A DNA stretch of 64,000 bases from Squalus acanthias (GCA_030390025.1 CM059432.1:7998001-8062000), one strand, 5' to 3'; positions 21,951 to 35,565 are shown, counted from the first letter of the stretch. Made by a program: numbers and translations. The notes: generated by a model not told the origin, from the letters alone.

Positions 21951-23204
21951 GTTCCCTCTGCGTTAAGGCAGAAATGTGCTTTCCGCTCAATCGAAGTAAA
22001 GCACTTCTGCCTCTCTCACACACACGCGCAAAACCTTGATTTTCACCCTGCCCAGTTGATGGGAAACGGTGCGGGCGGACGTTTAAAATGGAGGCGCCTC
22101 CCGCCATTATAACTTGCGGATTTTCAAAAGTGTGGTGGCCGGTCAGTGCATGCGAGCGAATGCCCCCTTAAATATTTAAATGCCAGAGTCCGATGATAAA
22201 TGACAGATCCCGATGCTATTTTTAACTGAAATGCGTGAATCCCGCACATTCCCGGATCGGGGTCGGAAAAGGGGCAAGTTCATCTTTCTTTCAAAGGTTT
22301 CCTTGTAGGCCAGCAGGGGCAACAGTGCTCATCCTGGCCCCACAAGGACACCTTCCATCCCCCGACAGCGATCGTCTTCAAATGGCCTCAGCATCAGGAC
22401 ATTTAAATAAGGCCTGTGGTGTTAAAAATTGCCCAGGCCTCAGGCTGGCACTGATGTGGGGGCTTCGCCCCCGCTCTGGCCCCCCGCCCACCACACTCCC
22501 GCCCCAGGTTAAAATCAGGGCTAAATGCGCCCAACAACAACTTGTATTTATACAGCGCCTTTAATGTGGTAAAACGTCCCAAGGCGCTTCACAGGAGCGA
22601 TTATCAAACAAAATTTGACACCGAACCACATAAAGAGATATTAGGGCAGGTGAGTTAGGTTTTAAGGAGCGTCTTAAACTAGGAGAGAAAGGTTTAGGGA
22701 GGGAATACCAGAGCTTAGAACCTAGGCAGCTGAAGGCTGAACGGCGGAGCGATGAAAATCGGGGACGTACAAGAGGCCAGAATTGGAGGAGCGCAGAGGC
22801 TTGTGGGGCTGGAGGAGGTTACAGAGATAGGGAGGGGGCGAGGCCATGGAGCGATTTGAAAACAAGGATGCCCACACGCACTGCACCAACCAATTCGCAG
22901 GCCAGCCATCCTTATGGTACATCTGCCAATTTGTGCTGAAATGTAATCCATGCACATTAGAAGCTGGATTGTGACCGCCTAACGTACTTCACTTAGGACC
23001 TTTACAGCCAGAAGAGAGGGGAAACTTTCATAGAACATAGAAAAAACATAGAAAAATAGGAGCAGGAGTAGGCCATTCGGCCCTTTGAGCCTGCTCCGCC
23101 ATTCAATATGATCATGGCTGATCCTCTATCTCAATACCATATTCCCGCTCTCTCCCCATACCCCTTGACGCCTTTTGTGTCTAGATCCTTCATCCTATCC
23201 ATCT

Positions 23205-23720
23205 ACAAAAGCAAAACACTGTGGATGCTGGAAATCTCAAATAAAAGCAGGGAATGACGGAAACACTCAGCAGGTCAGGCGGCATCTGTGGAGAGAGAGA
23301 AACAGAGTTAACGTTTCAGGTCGATGACCTTTCGTCAGAACTGGAAAAGTTAGAGATGTAACAGATTTTAAGCAAGTGTAGGGGCAGGGAAAGGCGCGGG
23401 AGGGGAGGAAAGAACGAAAGGGAAGGTCTGTGATAGGGTGGAAGGCAGGAGAGATTAAATGACAAAAGGGATGTTGGTGCGAGGCAAAAGGAGATGATAA
23501 TGGGACAAGTAGAGAAACCAAAGCTGGGCCTGGAGGAGGTGTAACTGGGAATGGCAGAATCATCAACAGCTGCTGTCCACGAAAATGAGGGCAGAGGTTC
23601 TGATCTGAAATTGTTGAACTCATAATCGAAAGATGAGGTTCTGTTCCTCGAGCTTTCGTTGAGCTTCACTGGAAAAGTGTAGGAGGCCAAGGACAGAGAG
23701 GTCAGAGTGGGAGTGGGAGT
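23205..23720 (-). mobile_element. Penelope-like element 3' part (GIY-YIG C-terminal remnant plus terminal region)
   Basis: SLSVLGLLH..EAQRKLEEQ.LIF...EFNNFRS remnant; terminal segment shared with 34200-34390 and 43860-43970. Confidence 0.8.
23306..23342 (-). ncRNA. Minimal hammerhead ribozyme motif in Penelope terminus
   Basis: AGTT-CTGACGA-AAGGTC-ATC-GACCT-GAAACGTT-AACT. Confidence 0.75.
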
Positions 23721-23819
23721 TAACTGACCTCAGTTAAAAGTAGTGAAATGGCATAATCATCTCTCCTAGCTGTAAGTCACCCAGTCTATCCTGACTTCCA
23801 ATGTTGCAGGTAAACTTAA

Positions 23820-24588
23820 GGGCTGGATTTTGTCTTGGGGTCGGGTTGGGGTCGTGTTAGCCGACATTTCGTGTTGCCCCCCCCCCGACTCCAGATTAAT
23901 GTGGATGAATGATGCAATTTTCAGTTAATTGCCGAATTGAGTTCCAGCATGTGGGAACCCATGAACCAATTAGTGGTTTCAGTCTGAAAGTCACCTCTGA
24001 TGATGTCATCATTGCAGGTCAGAGACTGACTGCCTGGTCTCAGAGACTGCCTGGCTTTTGGTGTGAGAGGACCTGGATGCAAAATGCGCAGCAGCTCTAA
24101 GGACAGAGAGAGAGAGAGAGAAGGAATTTTTTTTGCATCCAGGTCCTCTCACAGCAAAGGCCAGGCAGTCTCTGAAGACATTCAATGCAGCAGCATCAGA
24201 GGCGACTTTCAGACCTAATACTACTACTACCTTCATCACATCTCGGTTGTAATAGTGGACCTGCAGCCGATAGTCAGCTGTCCACTTGTGCTCCCGCCAG
24301 GTTTCACTGGCGTGTTTCACATCAGGCGTACTTCATGTCGGAAAAGGGTTAAACTAGCTAAAACGTTTCAAAGTGGCATTACAGAGCCAATTTAGGGATA
24401 GTTAAGAGCATGATTGGCCTCTCGTGCCTCTTGGAGGCGGGACGGAGTCGGGAACCCCGCGACCCATTTTGTCAAAATTGCGTGGAGGCGTGTTGGAGTC
24501 GGGATGGGGTCGGGGACCCTCGAATCTGCAACTTTAACCCCCCACACACCTCCAAACCTGACTCCACGGGTCATTGAAAATCCAGCCC
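23820..24588. mobile_element. Harbinger MITE related to the 58209-63995 family
   Basis: Perfect 12-bp TIR GGGCTGGATTTT/AAAATCCAGCCC; ends resemble 240-430 and 63700-63995; flanks TAA/ATA do not match. Confidence 0.8.
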
Positions 24589-25760
24589 ATATGACTGTAC
24601 TGCCTTACAGCCTTGGCTGGAGCTATGCAGTTGGCAGGCTTGCCTTTAATATTGGAAGCCAATAAATATGATGCAGGGTCCTCTCAGAAGGATTGTAAAA
24701 AGCTGAGCAGGCTGGGGCTCTTTTCTCTAGAAAAGAGAAGGCAGAGAGGTGACCTGATAGAGGTCTTTAAAATTATGAAGGGATTCGATAGGGTAGATGT
24801 AGAGAAGATTTTTCACTAGTGAGGGAGTCTAAAACTAAGGGCCATCAATATAAGATAGTCACTAATAAATCAATAAGAAATTCAGGAGAAACTTCTTTAC
24901 TCAGAGAGTGGTGAGAATGTGGAGGTGAATAGCATTTTAAGGGGAAGCTTGATAAGTACATGAGGAAGAAAGGAATAGAAGGATAAGCTGATCGGGTGAG
25001 ATAAAGTAAGGTGGGAGGAGGCTCGTGTGGCACATAAACTCTGGCATGCAAATGTTGGGCCGAATGGCCTGTTTCTGTGCTGTAAAATTCTATGTAATTC
25101 TATACAGTTTTCCAGTCCCCACCTTGATCTCACCTGGGAAACTCTCTACGCCACATTAATGCTGAGGGCAAAAATAATTTCCTGGTGTCCAAGTCAAAGT
25201 TTATTCTTCAATCAGTACTGCCAAACACAGATGCACTGGTCATGCATCACATTATCTCTTTGTGGGAGTGCTGCACTGTCGGAGGTACCGTCTTTCACAA
25301 TGAGATGTTAACACTTTCAGGCGGATATCAAAGATCCCGTGGCACTATTTCAAAGAAGAGCAGGGGAGTTTTTCCCCCCGTGCTCCTGGCTTAATACTTA
25401 TTCTTCAACCAACATTATCACATTGCTGTTTATGGGAGCTTGCTGTGCACATTTTGGCTACCGGGTTTCCTAGGTTACGACAGTGACTGCACTTCAAAAA
25501 ATACTTCATTGGCTGTGAAGCGCTTTGGGACGTCCTGAGGTGGTGAAAGACGCTATAGAAATTCAAGTCTTTGGGTCATTGCTGTTAGTGACAAAAACGT
25601 ATCACACACAATCAGTTTTCCACTTCATTTGTGTGGGTACAGAATTATGAAAAATACACGGGCTCACCTTGTTCTGAAATGTAATCCTCAGTCGTGTTCA
25701 AGTGCTTCCTAACTCTGTGTGGAAGTTTTTAAGTAAAAGCATATCACGGAAGCGCTGAAT

Positions 25761-25990
25761 TTGGAAGCAATGGCAACAGCCAGTCCTGGAAGTAGTAGGG
25801 CTCCATGGTTTTCCGATTGGTCCCTGGAGATCTTGTTGGAGCCAGCAAAGTCCCGTTCTCTGCCAATGCGCACCATAATCTCAAGATCAACCGCTCGGGC
25901 AGTGCGACAGGCGATGGACAGTAACATAATTGCAGCAGATGTGTCGAGGTTGGCGACCCATCTTGACTTCATAATACTGATTGATGTGAG
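25761..25990 (+). pseudogene. Decayed Myb/SANT-like relic
   Basis: RAPWFSDWSLEILLEPAKSR...AVRQA...IAADVS resembles the RAPRFSD..LE.L start of Harbinger Myb proteins. Confidence 0.45.
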
Positions 25991-26028
25991 GCATGTATGG
26001 CATGTGCAGTAAAGCTCACAGACACAAA

Positions 26029-26917
26029 GGGGGAGAAATTCGGTATCGCCCCGTTTGGGGCGCAATTATCGGCCGGGCGTAAAGTTTAGCGCCTGGCACT
26101 AATTATCGCTTCTGACTGCAAACTTGGCTTCTATTGCCCCTGGAGGTGATTGGAGCGCTAAATCAGGTGCTACACACCTCTCTTAAGGCGCTAACACCGA
26201 GGAGTGAGGCGCTACCTCAGAGCGCTGGCGAAGCTCATGTGATGTCAGTCAGCAATGGAACACAGACACACTGGCGCCGGCCAGTTCTTAAAGAGGAGGG
26301 TCGATCTTGTTCTCCATTCATACCCTGCTCATTGCAGCCTTGAATCTCGGCCTGGAGAGACCTGTACATCAAATCTGCTGGAAAGAACAATGGAGAGGCC
26401 CAGGGAAAGAGCTCAGAGTGCAGCCCCCACAGTCTCCTCTAAATCGATACAAGGAAGGGCAAATCAAAATGAACCTGCAAAGTGCTGCTCAGTACCCAAA
26501 ACTCCTTCACACAGCGTTGAATCTCTCCAGAAGTCTCTCTCTCTCTCTCTCTCAGAATGCGTGATGCAAAAATGTCGCCGACAAAAAAAAAGGCAGGAAG
26601 CGGTCGCCTTTAAATAGCGCTCCCCCAGTCCCTTCCCGACTGCAAAACGCTCCCCTCAACCTGTCGTTGCTAGCGGCAGGCGGTAAGGCAGGGGGGGCCA
26701 CTCAATATCCAGTCCGGGGCGCTACCGGGGCGTTGCATGCTCGACTGACATCACGATCTGCGGGCGCAGGAGATCGTGGGGGCAGTGTTTAGCGCCACCG
26801 CAAAATGTCTGGTCCATTTCGCGAGCGAGTCAAACATCGCCGCGCCCGGGCGCTAGTTGCTTTGCGCCCCATTAGCGCCCTCTAACGGGAGGCGCAAAGC
26901 AACCGAATTTTTCCCCC
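26029..26917. mobile_element. GC-rich Harbinger-type MITE (~890 bp)
   Basis: TIR GGGGGAGAAATTCGGT/ACCGAATTTTTCCCCC; colinear with 36475-37367; internal MERPRERA remnant. Confidence 0.85.
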
Positions 26918-27579
26918 CACAATCTTACAGTTCTCTTGACTGCGTCCCATCGACACTCATGATGCTGCGAGGTACTGTTTGCAATAACTCCCTTCGCCTC
27001 GGAACGTTTCTTCTCCAGCATCCTTCAGGCTGGGAAATCCAGGCGGGCAAATGTCATTCTTAGCAAAGCCCCCCCAGTTCATTTTGTGTTCAGGCAATCA
27101 GTCAAAGGAGTCAATCAAATCCATGGCCGTAGGGATGGCACTGAGTTGAGAGGTTTTCCTGCGTGCAATGCCCACCTGGTCAGGTGAATTAACTTAGCAC
27201 TTTCTGACACCTGCTGCCATCACTCGGATAAGCTTTTTCCATCTCTGTTTGAAATAGAAGATTAAGCCGTCATCACAACGCTCTCGGCGACCTCTCCTGG
27301 AGCGAAGGGTAAGTCTAAACAGAGCAGAAACCTCGTGGCTTCCTTGATATGTTAAGATAAACATTTTCTAGATGGTCTCATATTTCCCGAGATATGATTC
27401 TCCACCTGCCCAGGCAACTTATAAAATAATAACCTTGTTAATCCCTTCCTACGTTGCAGGACCATCAGAGTCAGTTTGAAATTCAGGAAGACGTCAATCT
27501 TGTCTGTTGGATTATACTCTGGAGGAATAACACATTGAATAGAATTTGACAAATTCCTTATTAATCTGGCCAAAGCCCT

Positions 27580-27915
27580 TCAGCGATCTCCCCTCAGCCT
27601 TGATGACTGTTGGCGCAATGCTTGCAAGAACTGCAACGTACCAAATGGATTCCTTATAGAGGACCCCACAGTACAACCTGAGAGGTTAAACCTTCCTCGC
27701 AAACAGTGGATGACCAGCAACCGCCTCAGAACCGGTCACGGTAGATGCTGCCACCTTCTCCATAGATGGAAGATGAAAGCATCCCCATCATGCGACTGTG
27801 GAGCTCCTAATCAGACCTTGGAGCACATCATTGAGCACTGCCCTCTGAGGAAATTCGCAGGCAGCCTACAAGATATCCATGCTGTTACACCGGAAGCTCT
27901 GGCCTAGATATCTGA
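27580..27915 (+). mobile_element. 3' end of an Ingi/Vingi-like (I-group) LINE
   Basis: W..NRLRTGHGRC.HLLHRW....PSCDCGAPNQTLEHIIEHCP, a C-terminal CCHC knuckle. Confidence 0.65.
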
Positions 27916-29267
27916 CTTAAGGGCCCAGAAATTAGGCTCCTTGGCTTCCCGCGGGTGCAAGGATCCCGCGCGCACCTACCTACCGCGCCTGCCGTTGACC
28001 TCTGGGCCCACGAGGACTTCAGCTCCTGGGCCTGCTCCAAGTGCCGGCGCAGTGCGTGCGTGTCCCAGGGGCGTAGTTAGTGCGATGCGTCCCCTGGGAT
28101 CACGTGGGCCATGGAGAGCCAATGGCAGCAGACCATCTTTCATTCATAGATTTCACAGGAAGACCGATGACACAGACAGCTGGGAGTGCGGATGAGGTTT
28201 ATGCAGCGCTCTGGCACAACGTGTGAAAGAGCAAACGCCGAACAGTTTCTGCTCAATGCTACTCCGACCACAAGGATGACTTTGAAAACAGTCAAGGCAC
28301 TGCTCAGAATCTCTTCGAAAAATATGGTCCCTTGCACTTTACAAATCTGTACCGGTGAAGCGACAGACCTGGGAACGTTCAGAGAGGACAGCGCGGCGCT
28401 AATTATTATGTTACCATATGCTGGCCTTTCTTGGAAAAGTAACACCTCGAGCCAAGCCGATCAACTGCTCTGTGGCAAAGAACAAGCTCCAAAGCTTGGC
28501 CGAGGTTGGTCAAACGAGGTGGAACAAATTGTACAGAGTATGCCAAACACAACTAAAATGAAGGATTCTCACAAGTGCAGATCGGAATTTGCTCGTTAAG
28601 TCACTCGATAGGGGATAACGGCATTTGTTTACAAAAGCCATAAAACTCCGCACTTAAGGATCCCATTTGCTCAGCTCGGGAACAATCCCAACAGCCAAAC
28701 GGTGCCTCTGACTAAAAGTGACAGCTGCGCAGTGTCGGATCATTCCTGCTGCTTGTTTCTGTTGCTTCAGCAACCTGACCTCTCTATTGGCCGACTGCAG
28801 TTTCTAAAAACTTTCAATGGTTCCCTTTTTTTTTGCTGGAAACCGGGCTCAGCTCCAAGCCATGTCTGGCAGTTTAAGTAAGCAGGCCTCACTATAAAGG
28901 TCCCTCCCCAGACTCGGTTGGGTAAGGAAAGCAAGTCGGCAAGGAGACAGGCCAGCTTCCCTTTCCCCCTCCGTCTTTTCAAGGGTAAGTTTGTTCCTGT
29001 TATTTTGTCGTCCTGACCAATTGACATTAACCTTTCATTTTTTATTTTTACTGGCGTGCCTTCTAAAGTAGTTGTCGTCATAGGTGGTCACCAGAAGGAT
29101 GATCAGACTCCATCTCCTCTCTCCCCTCACCTCACCTCCCAGCCCCGTCCCAAACCTATTTTCTGCGAGTATACCCTTAAAACTACTACCTAAAATTCCC
29201 CACAAAACAGAGCAAAGCCCTCAGGAACCAGACCAATCACATAAGATACGAAACAAAGGCACCAAAT

Positions 29268-30405
29268 CATAGAATCATAGAAATTTATGGCACAGAAGGA
29301 GGCCATTCGGCCCACCGTGTTTGTGCCGGCCAAAAAAGAGCTATCCGGCCTAATCCCACTTTCCAGCTCTTGGTCCGTAGCCCTGGAGGTTACGGCACTT
29401 CAAGTGCACATCCAAGTACTTTTTAAATGCGATGAGGGTTTCTGCCTCTACCACCCTTTCAGGCAGCGAGTTCCAGACCCCCACCACCCTCTGGGTGAAA
29501 AAAGTTCTCCTCAACTCCCCTCTAATCCTTCTACCAACTGCTTTAAATCTCTGCCCCCTGGTATTGACCTCTCTGCTAAGGGAAATAGGTCCTTCCTATC
29601 CACTCTATCTCGGCCCCTCATAATTTTATACACCTCAATTAAGTCTCCCCTCAGCCTCCTCTGTTCCAAAGAAAACAACCCCAGCCTAGCCAATCTTTCC
29701 TCATAGCTAAAATTCTCCAGTCCTGGCAACATCCTTATATATCTCCTCTGTACCCTCTCAAGTGCAATCACATCTTTCCTGTAGTGTGGTGACCAGAACT
29801 GTGCACAGTACTCTAGCTGTGGCCTAACTAGTGTTTTATACAGCTCAAGAATAACCTCCCTGCTCTTATATTCTACGCCTCAGCTAATAAAGGAAAATAT
29901 CCCATATGCCTTCTTAACCACCTTATCTACCTGTCCTGCTATCTTCAGGGATCTGTGGACATGCACACCAAGATCCCTCTGATCCTCTGCATTTCTCAGT
30001 GTCCTACCATTTATTGTCTATTCCCTTGCCTTGTTAGCCTTTTCCAAATGCATTACCTCGCACTTAGGGATGGGCAATAAATGCTGGCCTTGCCAGCGAC
30101 GCCCAGATCCCATAAGCAAATTAAAAAAAAATTCTCCGGATTGAATTCCATTTGTCACTTTTCTGGCCACCTGACCAGTCCATTGATATCTTCCTGCAGT
30201 CTACAGCTTTCTTCATCACTATCAACCACACAGCCAATTTTAGTATCATCTGCAAACTTCTTAATCATGCCCCCTACATTAAAGTCTAAATCATTGATAT
30301 ATACCGCAAAAAGCAAGGGACCTAGTACTGAGCCCTGCGGAACCTCACTGGAACAGCCTTCCAGTCACAAAAACACGCGTCGACCATTACCCTTTGTTTC
30401 CTGCC
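29268..30405 (-). mobile_element. CR1 LINE fragments (minus), with a short family-B tail inserted near 30065-30130
   Basis: [55 protein letters not shown] sequence near 30320-30345. Confidence 0.85.
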
Positions 30406-30437
30406 ATCGGCTTGAAACCTTAACTCTGTTTCTCTCT

Positions 30438-31338
30438 CTCCACAGAGACTGTCTGACCCACTGGGTGTATCTCCACAGAGACTGTCTGACCCACTGGGTG
30501 TATCTCCACAGAGACTGTCTGACCCACTGGGTGTATCTCCACAGAGACTGTCTGACCCACTGGGTGTATCTCCGCAGAGACTGTCTGACCCACTGGGTCT
30601 ATCTCCACAGAGACTGTCTGACCCACTGGGTGTATCTCCACAGAGACTGTCTGACCCACTGGGTGTATCTCCACAGAGACTGTCTGACCCACTGGGTGTA
30701 TCTCCACAGAGACTGTCTGACCCACTGGGTGTATCTCCACAGAGACTGCCTGACTCACTGGGTGTATCTCCACAGAAACTGTCTGACCCACTGGGTGTAT
30801 CTCCACAGAGACTGTCTGACCCACTGGGTGTATCTCCACAGAGACTGCCTGACTCACTGGGTGTATCTCTCCACAGAGACTGTCTGACCCACTGGGAGTA
30901 TCTCCACAGAGACTGTCTGACCCACTGGGTGTATCTCTCCACAGAGACTGTCTGACCCACTGGGTGTATCTCCACAGAGACTGTCTGACCCACTGGGCGT
31001 ATCTCCACAGAGACTGTCTGACCCACTGGGTGTATCTCCACAGAGACTGACTGACCCACTGGGTGTATCTCCACAGAGACTGTCTGACCCACTGGGTGTA
31101 TCTCCACAGAGACTGTCTGACCCACTGGGTGTATCTCCGCAGAGACTGTCTGACCCACTGGGTGTATCTCCACAGAGACTGTCTGACCCACTGGGTGTAT
31201 CTCCACAGAGACTGTCTGACCCACTGGGTGTATCTCCGCAGAGACTGTCTGACCCACTGGGTGTATCTCCACAGAGACTGTCTGACCCACTGGGTGTATC
31301 TCCACAGAGACTGTCTGACCCACTGGGTGTATCTCCAC
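30438..31338. repeat. 33-bp minisatellite, about 27 copies (CTCCACAGAGACTGTCTGACCCACTGGGTGTAT)
   Basis: Head-to-tail near-identical units, no spacers; two units carry an extra CT. Confidence 0.95.
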
Positions 31339-33679
31339 ACTTTTTTGAGTTCAGTTTTCCAGCATCCGCAGCCATTTTTTGCTTTTTGAGCTAAGCTGAC
31401 TCCCCTGTCAGGTTGTATCCTTGGAATTCCACAGCAGTGGGAATGGTTTATGTCGTGAAAACATCCGTACCTCAGAAAAAATATTCTCCCAGGCTGCCTT
31501 TCAGCTTACTGACGGCCAGTATTTTAGCCGGGGAACGGCGAGCTCCGTGCCAGCTGCAAACTTTGTCAAATTTCAAGCCCAGACGTTGTTTTTCTCTTTC
31601 CCACCTTAACCTAATTAAAGCTCTTCTCAGAGAAACCAATTATTTTTAAATCACGGCATCTGTAGCAGTTTTGCCAAATCTTTTAATTCATTATCAGCTT
31701 CCCCCGAGGTTTTTCGCCCCCATCCTGAAACTGCTCAAGTGCTTGCTGATCTTCTATCCGCCCCTCGCAGACCGAGATTAGTTCTGATTAGTGTCAGCCG
31801 TGGCTCAGTTGGCCATTCTCTCGCCGCTGAGGTCAGAGGTTGTGGACACCTGAAAACACAGATTTAGATAATTGGCAAAAGATAAAACCCGGTGGGGAGT
31901 GGGGGGGGAGATGAGGTCATTTTTTTTTTACGCAGCGAGTTGTTGTGATCTGGAACGCGCTGCCTGAAAGGGCGGTGGAAGCAGATTCAATAGTGAGTTT
32001 CAAAAGGGAATCGGATAAATACTTGAAAAGGAAAATTTAGCAGGGCTGTGGGGAAAGAGCAGGAAAGTGGGACTAATTGGAGAGCTCTTTCAAAGAACCA
32101 GCACAGGCACGATGGGCCGAATGGCCTCCTTCTGTGCAGTAAGATTCTAGTTTGCTTCTTTCTATACTGTTTAAGACTTTGCAAAATATAACGCCTTTCA
32201 TTACCTCAGGACGCCCCAAAGCGCCTTCTAGCCAATGAAGTACTTTTTGAAGTGTAGTCACTGTTGCAATGTAGGAAACACGGCAGCCAATAATTAAAGT
32301 CTAATAATTATCAGCGTAATTACACTTTTAACGTCATGATATTTGTTAATGACTGCCAATCCACCTCTCTTGCCCCAAAAGTAATCAATTATAAGTATGG
32401 AGTCTACTTCCTACAGGTTGTAAACTTGAGGTGATCCAAAACTCGGCTGCCCGTGTCCTAACTCGCACCAAGTCCCGTTCACCCATCACCCCACTGTGCT
32501 CGCTGACCTACATTGGCTCCCGGTAAAGCAACACCTCGATTTTAAAATTCTCAACCTTGTTTTCAAATCCCTCCATGGCCTCGCCTCTCCCTATCTCTGT
32601 AATCTCCTTCAACCCCACAACCCCCCGAGATATCTGCACTCCTCTAATTCTGCCCTCTTGAGCTTCCCTGATTATAATCGCTCAACCATTGGCGGCCGTG
32701 TCTTCAGCTGCCAAGGCCCTAAGCTCTGGAATTCCCTCCCTAACCCTCTCCGCCTCTCTACCTCTCTTTCCTCCTTTAAGACGCTCCTTAAAACCGACCT
32801 CTTTGACCCAGCTTTTGGTCACCTGCCCTAATATCTCCTTCTTTGGCTCGGTGTCAAATTTTGTTTGATAATCGCTCCTGTGAAGCACCTTGGGACGTTT
32901 TACTACGCTAAAGGCGCTATATAAATACAAGTTGTTGTTGTTGTTGTGAATTGTTTTTAGGAGAGTTAAAAAATGTCAATATTTGTATTTCTGTACCTGA
33001 TTTGACTAATTCACCCTCTTTCCTTCTCCGTCATTCCTCTGTTTCTTTCTCAATCCTAAAATCTCATTGGTTAAGGAGATCCGCTGCTGGCCCTGTCGTT
33101 CACCAAGGTCCCAGATGCCCTGATGCCCTCGCAACTTTGTGGGCAAAACGTTTAAAACCTATACGTACAATTGTAATTTGTGACCTACGGGGCAGGCTGT
33201 GAGATGTCCCGCTCCAGCAAAATCTGGCTCCGTGTGTATCTGACAATATTATTTTGTTTTTAACTGTGAACTCACTGTTACTTCTAAACTTATATTATTC
33301 TCTTGTCACATCCACCAGATGCTGGTAATGACACCTCATTGTAAAATGAGCAACTCAATCAGAAGAACCACAAATAACAATGGTGAAATAGCAATTTACT
33401 TGCACTTCTATCAACTTAATAAACTGCAACAACAACATCTTGCATTCATATAGCACCTTTAATGTAGTAAAACGTCCCAAGGCGCTTCACAGGTGCAATT
33501 ATCAAACAAAATTTGACACCCAGCCACATAAGGAGAAATTAGGGCAGGTGACCAAAAGCTTGGTCAAAGAGGTAGATTTTAAGGAGCGTCTTAAAGGAGG
33601 AAAGAGAGGCGGAGAGGTTTAGGCAGGGAATTCAGAGCTTAGGGCCCAGGCAGCTGAAGGCAGGGCCGCCAATGGTAGG

Positions 33680-34390
33680 GCAATGCGGTCTCCTCTACAT
33701 TGGGGAGACCAAACACAGGTTGGGTGATCGCTTTGCGGAACACCTCCGTTCAGTCCGCAAGCGTGACCCCGAGCTTCCGGTCGCCTGTCACTTTAATTCA
33801 CCGGCCCACTCCCACTCTGAACCTCTCTGTCCTCGGCCTCCTCCACTGTTCCAATGAAGCTCAACGTAAGCTCGAGGAACAGCACCTCATCTTTCGATTA
33901 GGCACTTTACAGCCTTCTGGACTCAACATTGAGTTCAACAATTTCAGACCATAACCTCTGCCCCCATTTTTTCGGACAGCAGGTGTTGGTAATGATTCTG
34001 CCATACCCATTTACAGCTCCTCCAGACCCATCTTTTGTTTCTTTACTTGTCGCATTACCATCTCCTTTTGCCTCGCACCATCATCCCTTTTGTCATTTAA
34101 TCTCTCCTGCCTTCCACCCGATCACAGCTTTGGGAGGTGCTGTCAAAGAAGCCTTGGCGAGTTGCTGCAGTGCATCTTGTGTCCTCTCACCCTCGCCACC
34201 ACCCACCACTTGCATAAAAACTGTTAAATCTAATACATAAAACAAAAGCAAAATACTGCGGATATCTGAAATAAAAACAGAAAATGCTGGAAATACTCAG
34301 CAGGTCAGGCAGCATCTGTGGAGCGAGAAACAGAGTTAACGTTCCAGGTCGATGACCTTTCATCAGAAGTGGAAGATGATAGAGATGTTT
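33680..34390 (+). mobile_element. Penelope-like element: GIY-YIG endonuclease remnant (+) followed by an inverted terminal segment
   Basis: CGLLYIGETKHRLGDRFAEHLRSVR...PVACHFN...H; RKLEEQHLIFRLGTLQPSGLNIEF. Minus-strand hammerhead 34334-34370 with GGAAC replacing GAAAC. Confidence 0.85.
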
Positions 34391-34394
34391 TATT

Positions 34395-35085
34395 TTTCAT
34401 TCATTCATGGGACGTGGGCATCGCTGGCAAGGCCAGCATTTATTGTCTATCCCTAATTGCCCTTGAGAAGGTGGTGGTGAGCCGCCTTCTTGTACCGCTG
34501 TAGTCCGTGTGGTGAAGGTGGTCCCACAGTGCTGTTAGGGAGGGAGTTCCAGGATTTTGACCCAGTGACGATGAAGGAACGGCGATATATTTCTAAGTCA
34601 GGATGGTGTGTGACTTGGAGGGGAACTTGCAGGTGGTGGTGTTCCCATGCGCCTGCTGCCCTTGTCCTTCTAGGTGGAAGAGGTCCCGGGTTTGGGCGGT
34701 GCTGCCGAAGAAGCCTTGGCAAGTTGCTGCAGTGCATCTTGTAGATGGTACACACTGCAGCCACGGTACACCGGTGGTGGAGGGAGTGAATGTTTAAGGT
34801 GGTGGATGGGGTGCCAATCAAGCAGGCTGCTTTGTCCTGGATGGTTTCGAGCTTCCTGAGTGTTTTGTTGGAACTGCACTCATCCAGGCAAGTGGAGAGT
34901 ATTCCATCACACTCCTTACTTGTGCCTTGTAAATGGTGGAAAGGCTTTGGGGAGTCATGAGGTGAATCACTCAACGCAGAATACCTAGCCTCTGACCTGC
35001 TCTTGCAGCCACAGTATTTATGTGGCTGATCCAGTTAAGTTTCTGGTCAATGGTGACCGCAAGGATGTTGATGGGGGATTTGACT
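34395..35085 (-). mobile_element. LINE family B 3' portion
   Basis: Same as 6035-6695. Confidence 0.8.
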
Positions 35086-35104
35086 ATGGTAATCCTGTTG
35101 AATT

Positions 35105-35565
35105 TAAAGAAAGAAAGAAGACTTGCATTTCTATCGCGCCTTTCACGGCCACCAGGCATCTCAAAGCACTTTACAGCCAATGAAGTACTTTTTGAAGTAG
35201 TCACTGTTGTAATGTAGGAAACGCAGCAGCCAATTTGCACACAGCAAGCTCCCACAAACAGCAATGTGATCATGACCAGATAATCTGTTTTTGTGATGTT
35301 AATTGAGGGATAAATATTTGCCAGGACACCAGGGATAACTCCCCTGCTCTTCTTCGTAATAGTGCCGTGGGATCTTTGACATCCACCTGAGGGGACAGAC
35401 AGGGTCATCAGCAAGACAGCACCTCTGACAGTGCAGCACTCCCTCAGCACTGCACTGGAGGGACAACCTAGCTTTATGTATCATCAGTCTCTGGAGTGGG
35501 ACTTGAATCCACAAACTTCGAGAACTCAGTTGTGAGTGTGCTACCCACTGAGCCACGGCTGACAC
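35105..35565 (-). mobile_element. Near full-length Deu-domain tRNA SINE
   Basis: Reverse complement of 44441-44880 including head GTCAGCCGTGGCTCAGTGG. Confidence 0.75.

Noticed and set aside
30438..31338. CRISPR array or repeat protein (long ORFs on both strands)
   Set aside because: No unique spacers, no cas genes, eukaryotic context; the ORFs arise because the 33-bp unit lacks stops in most frames
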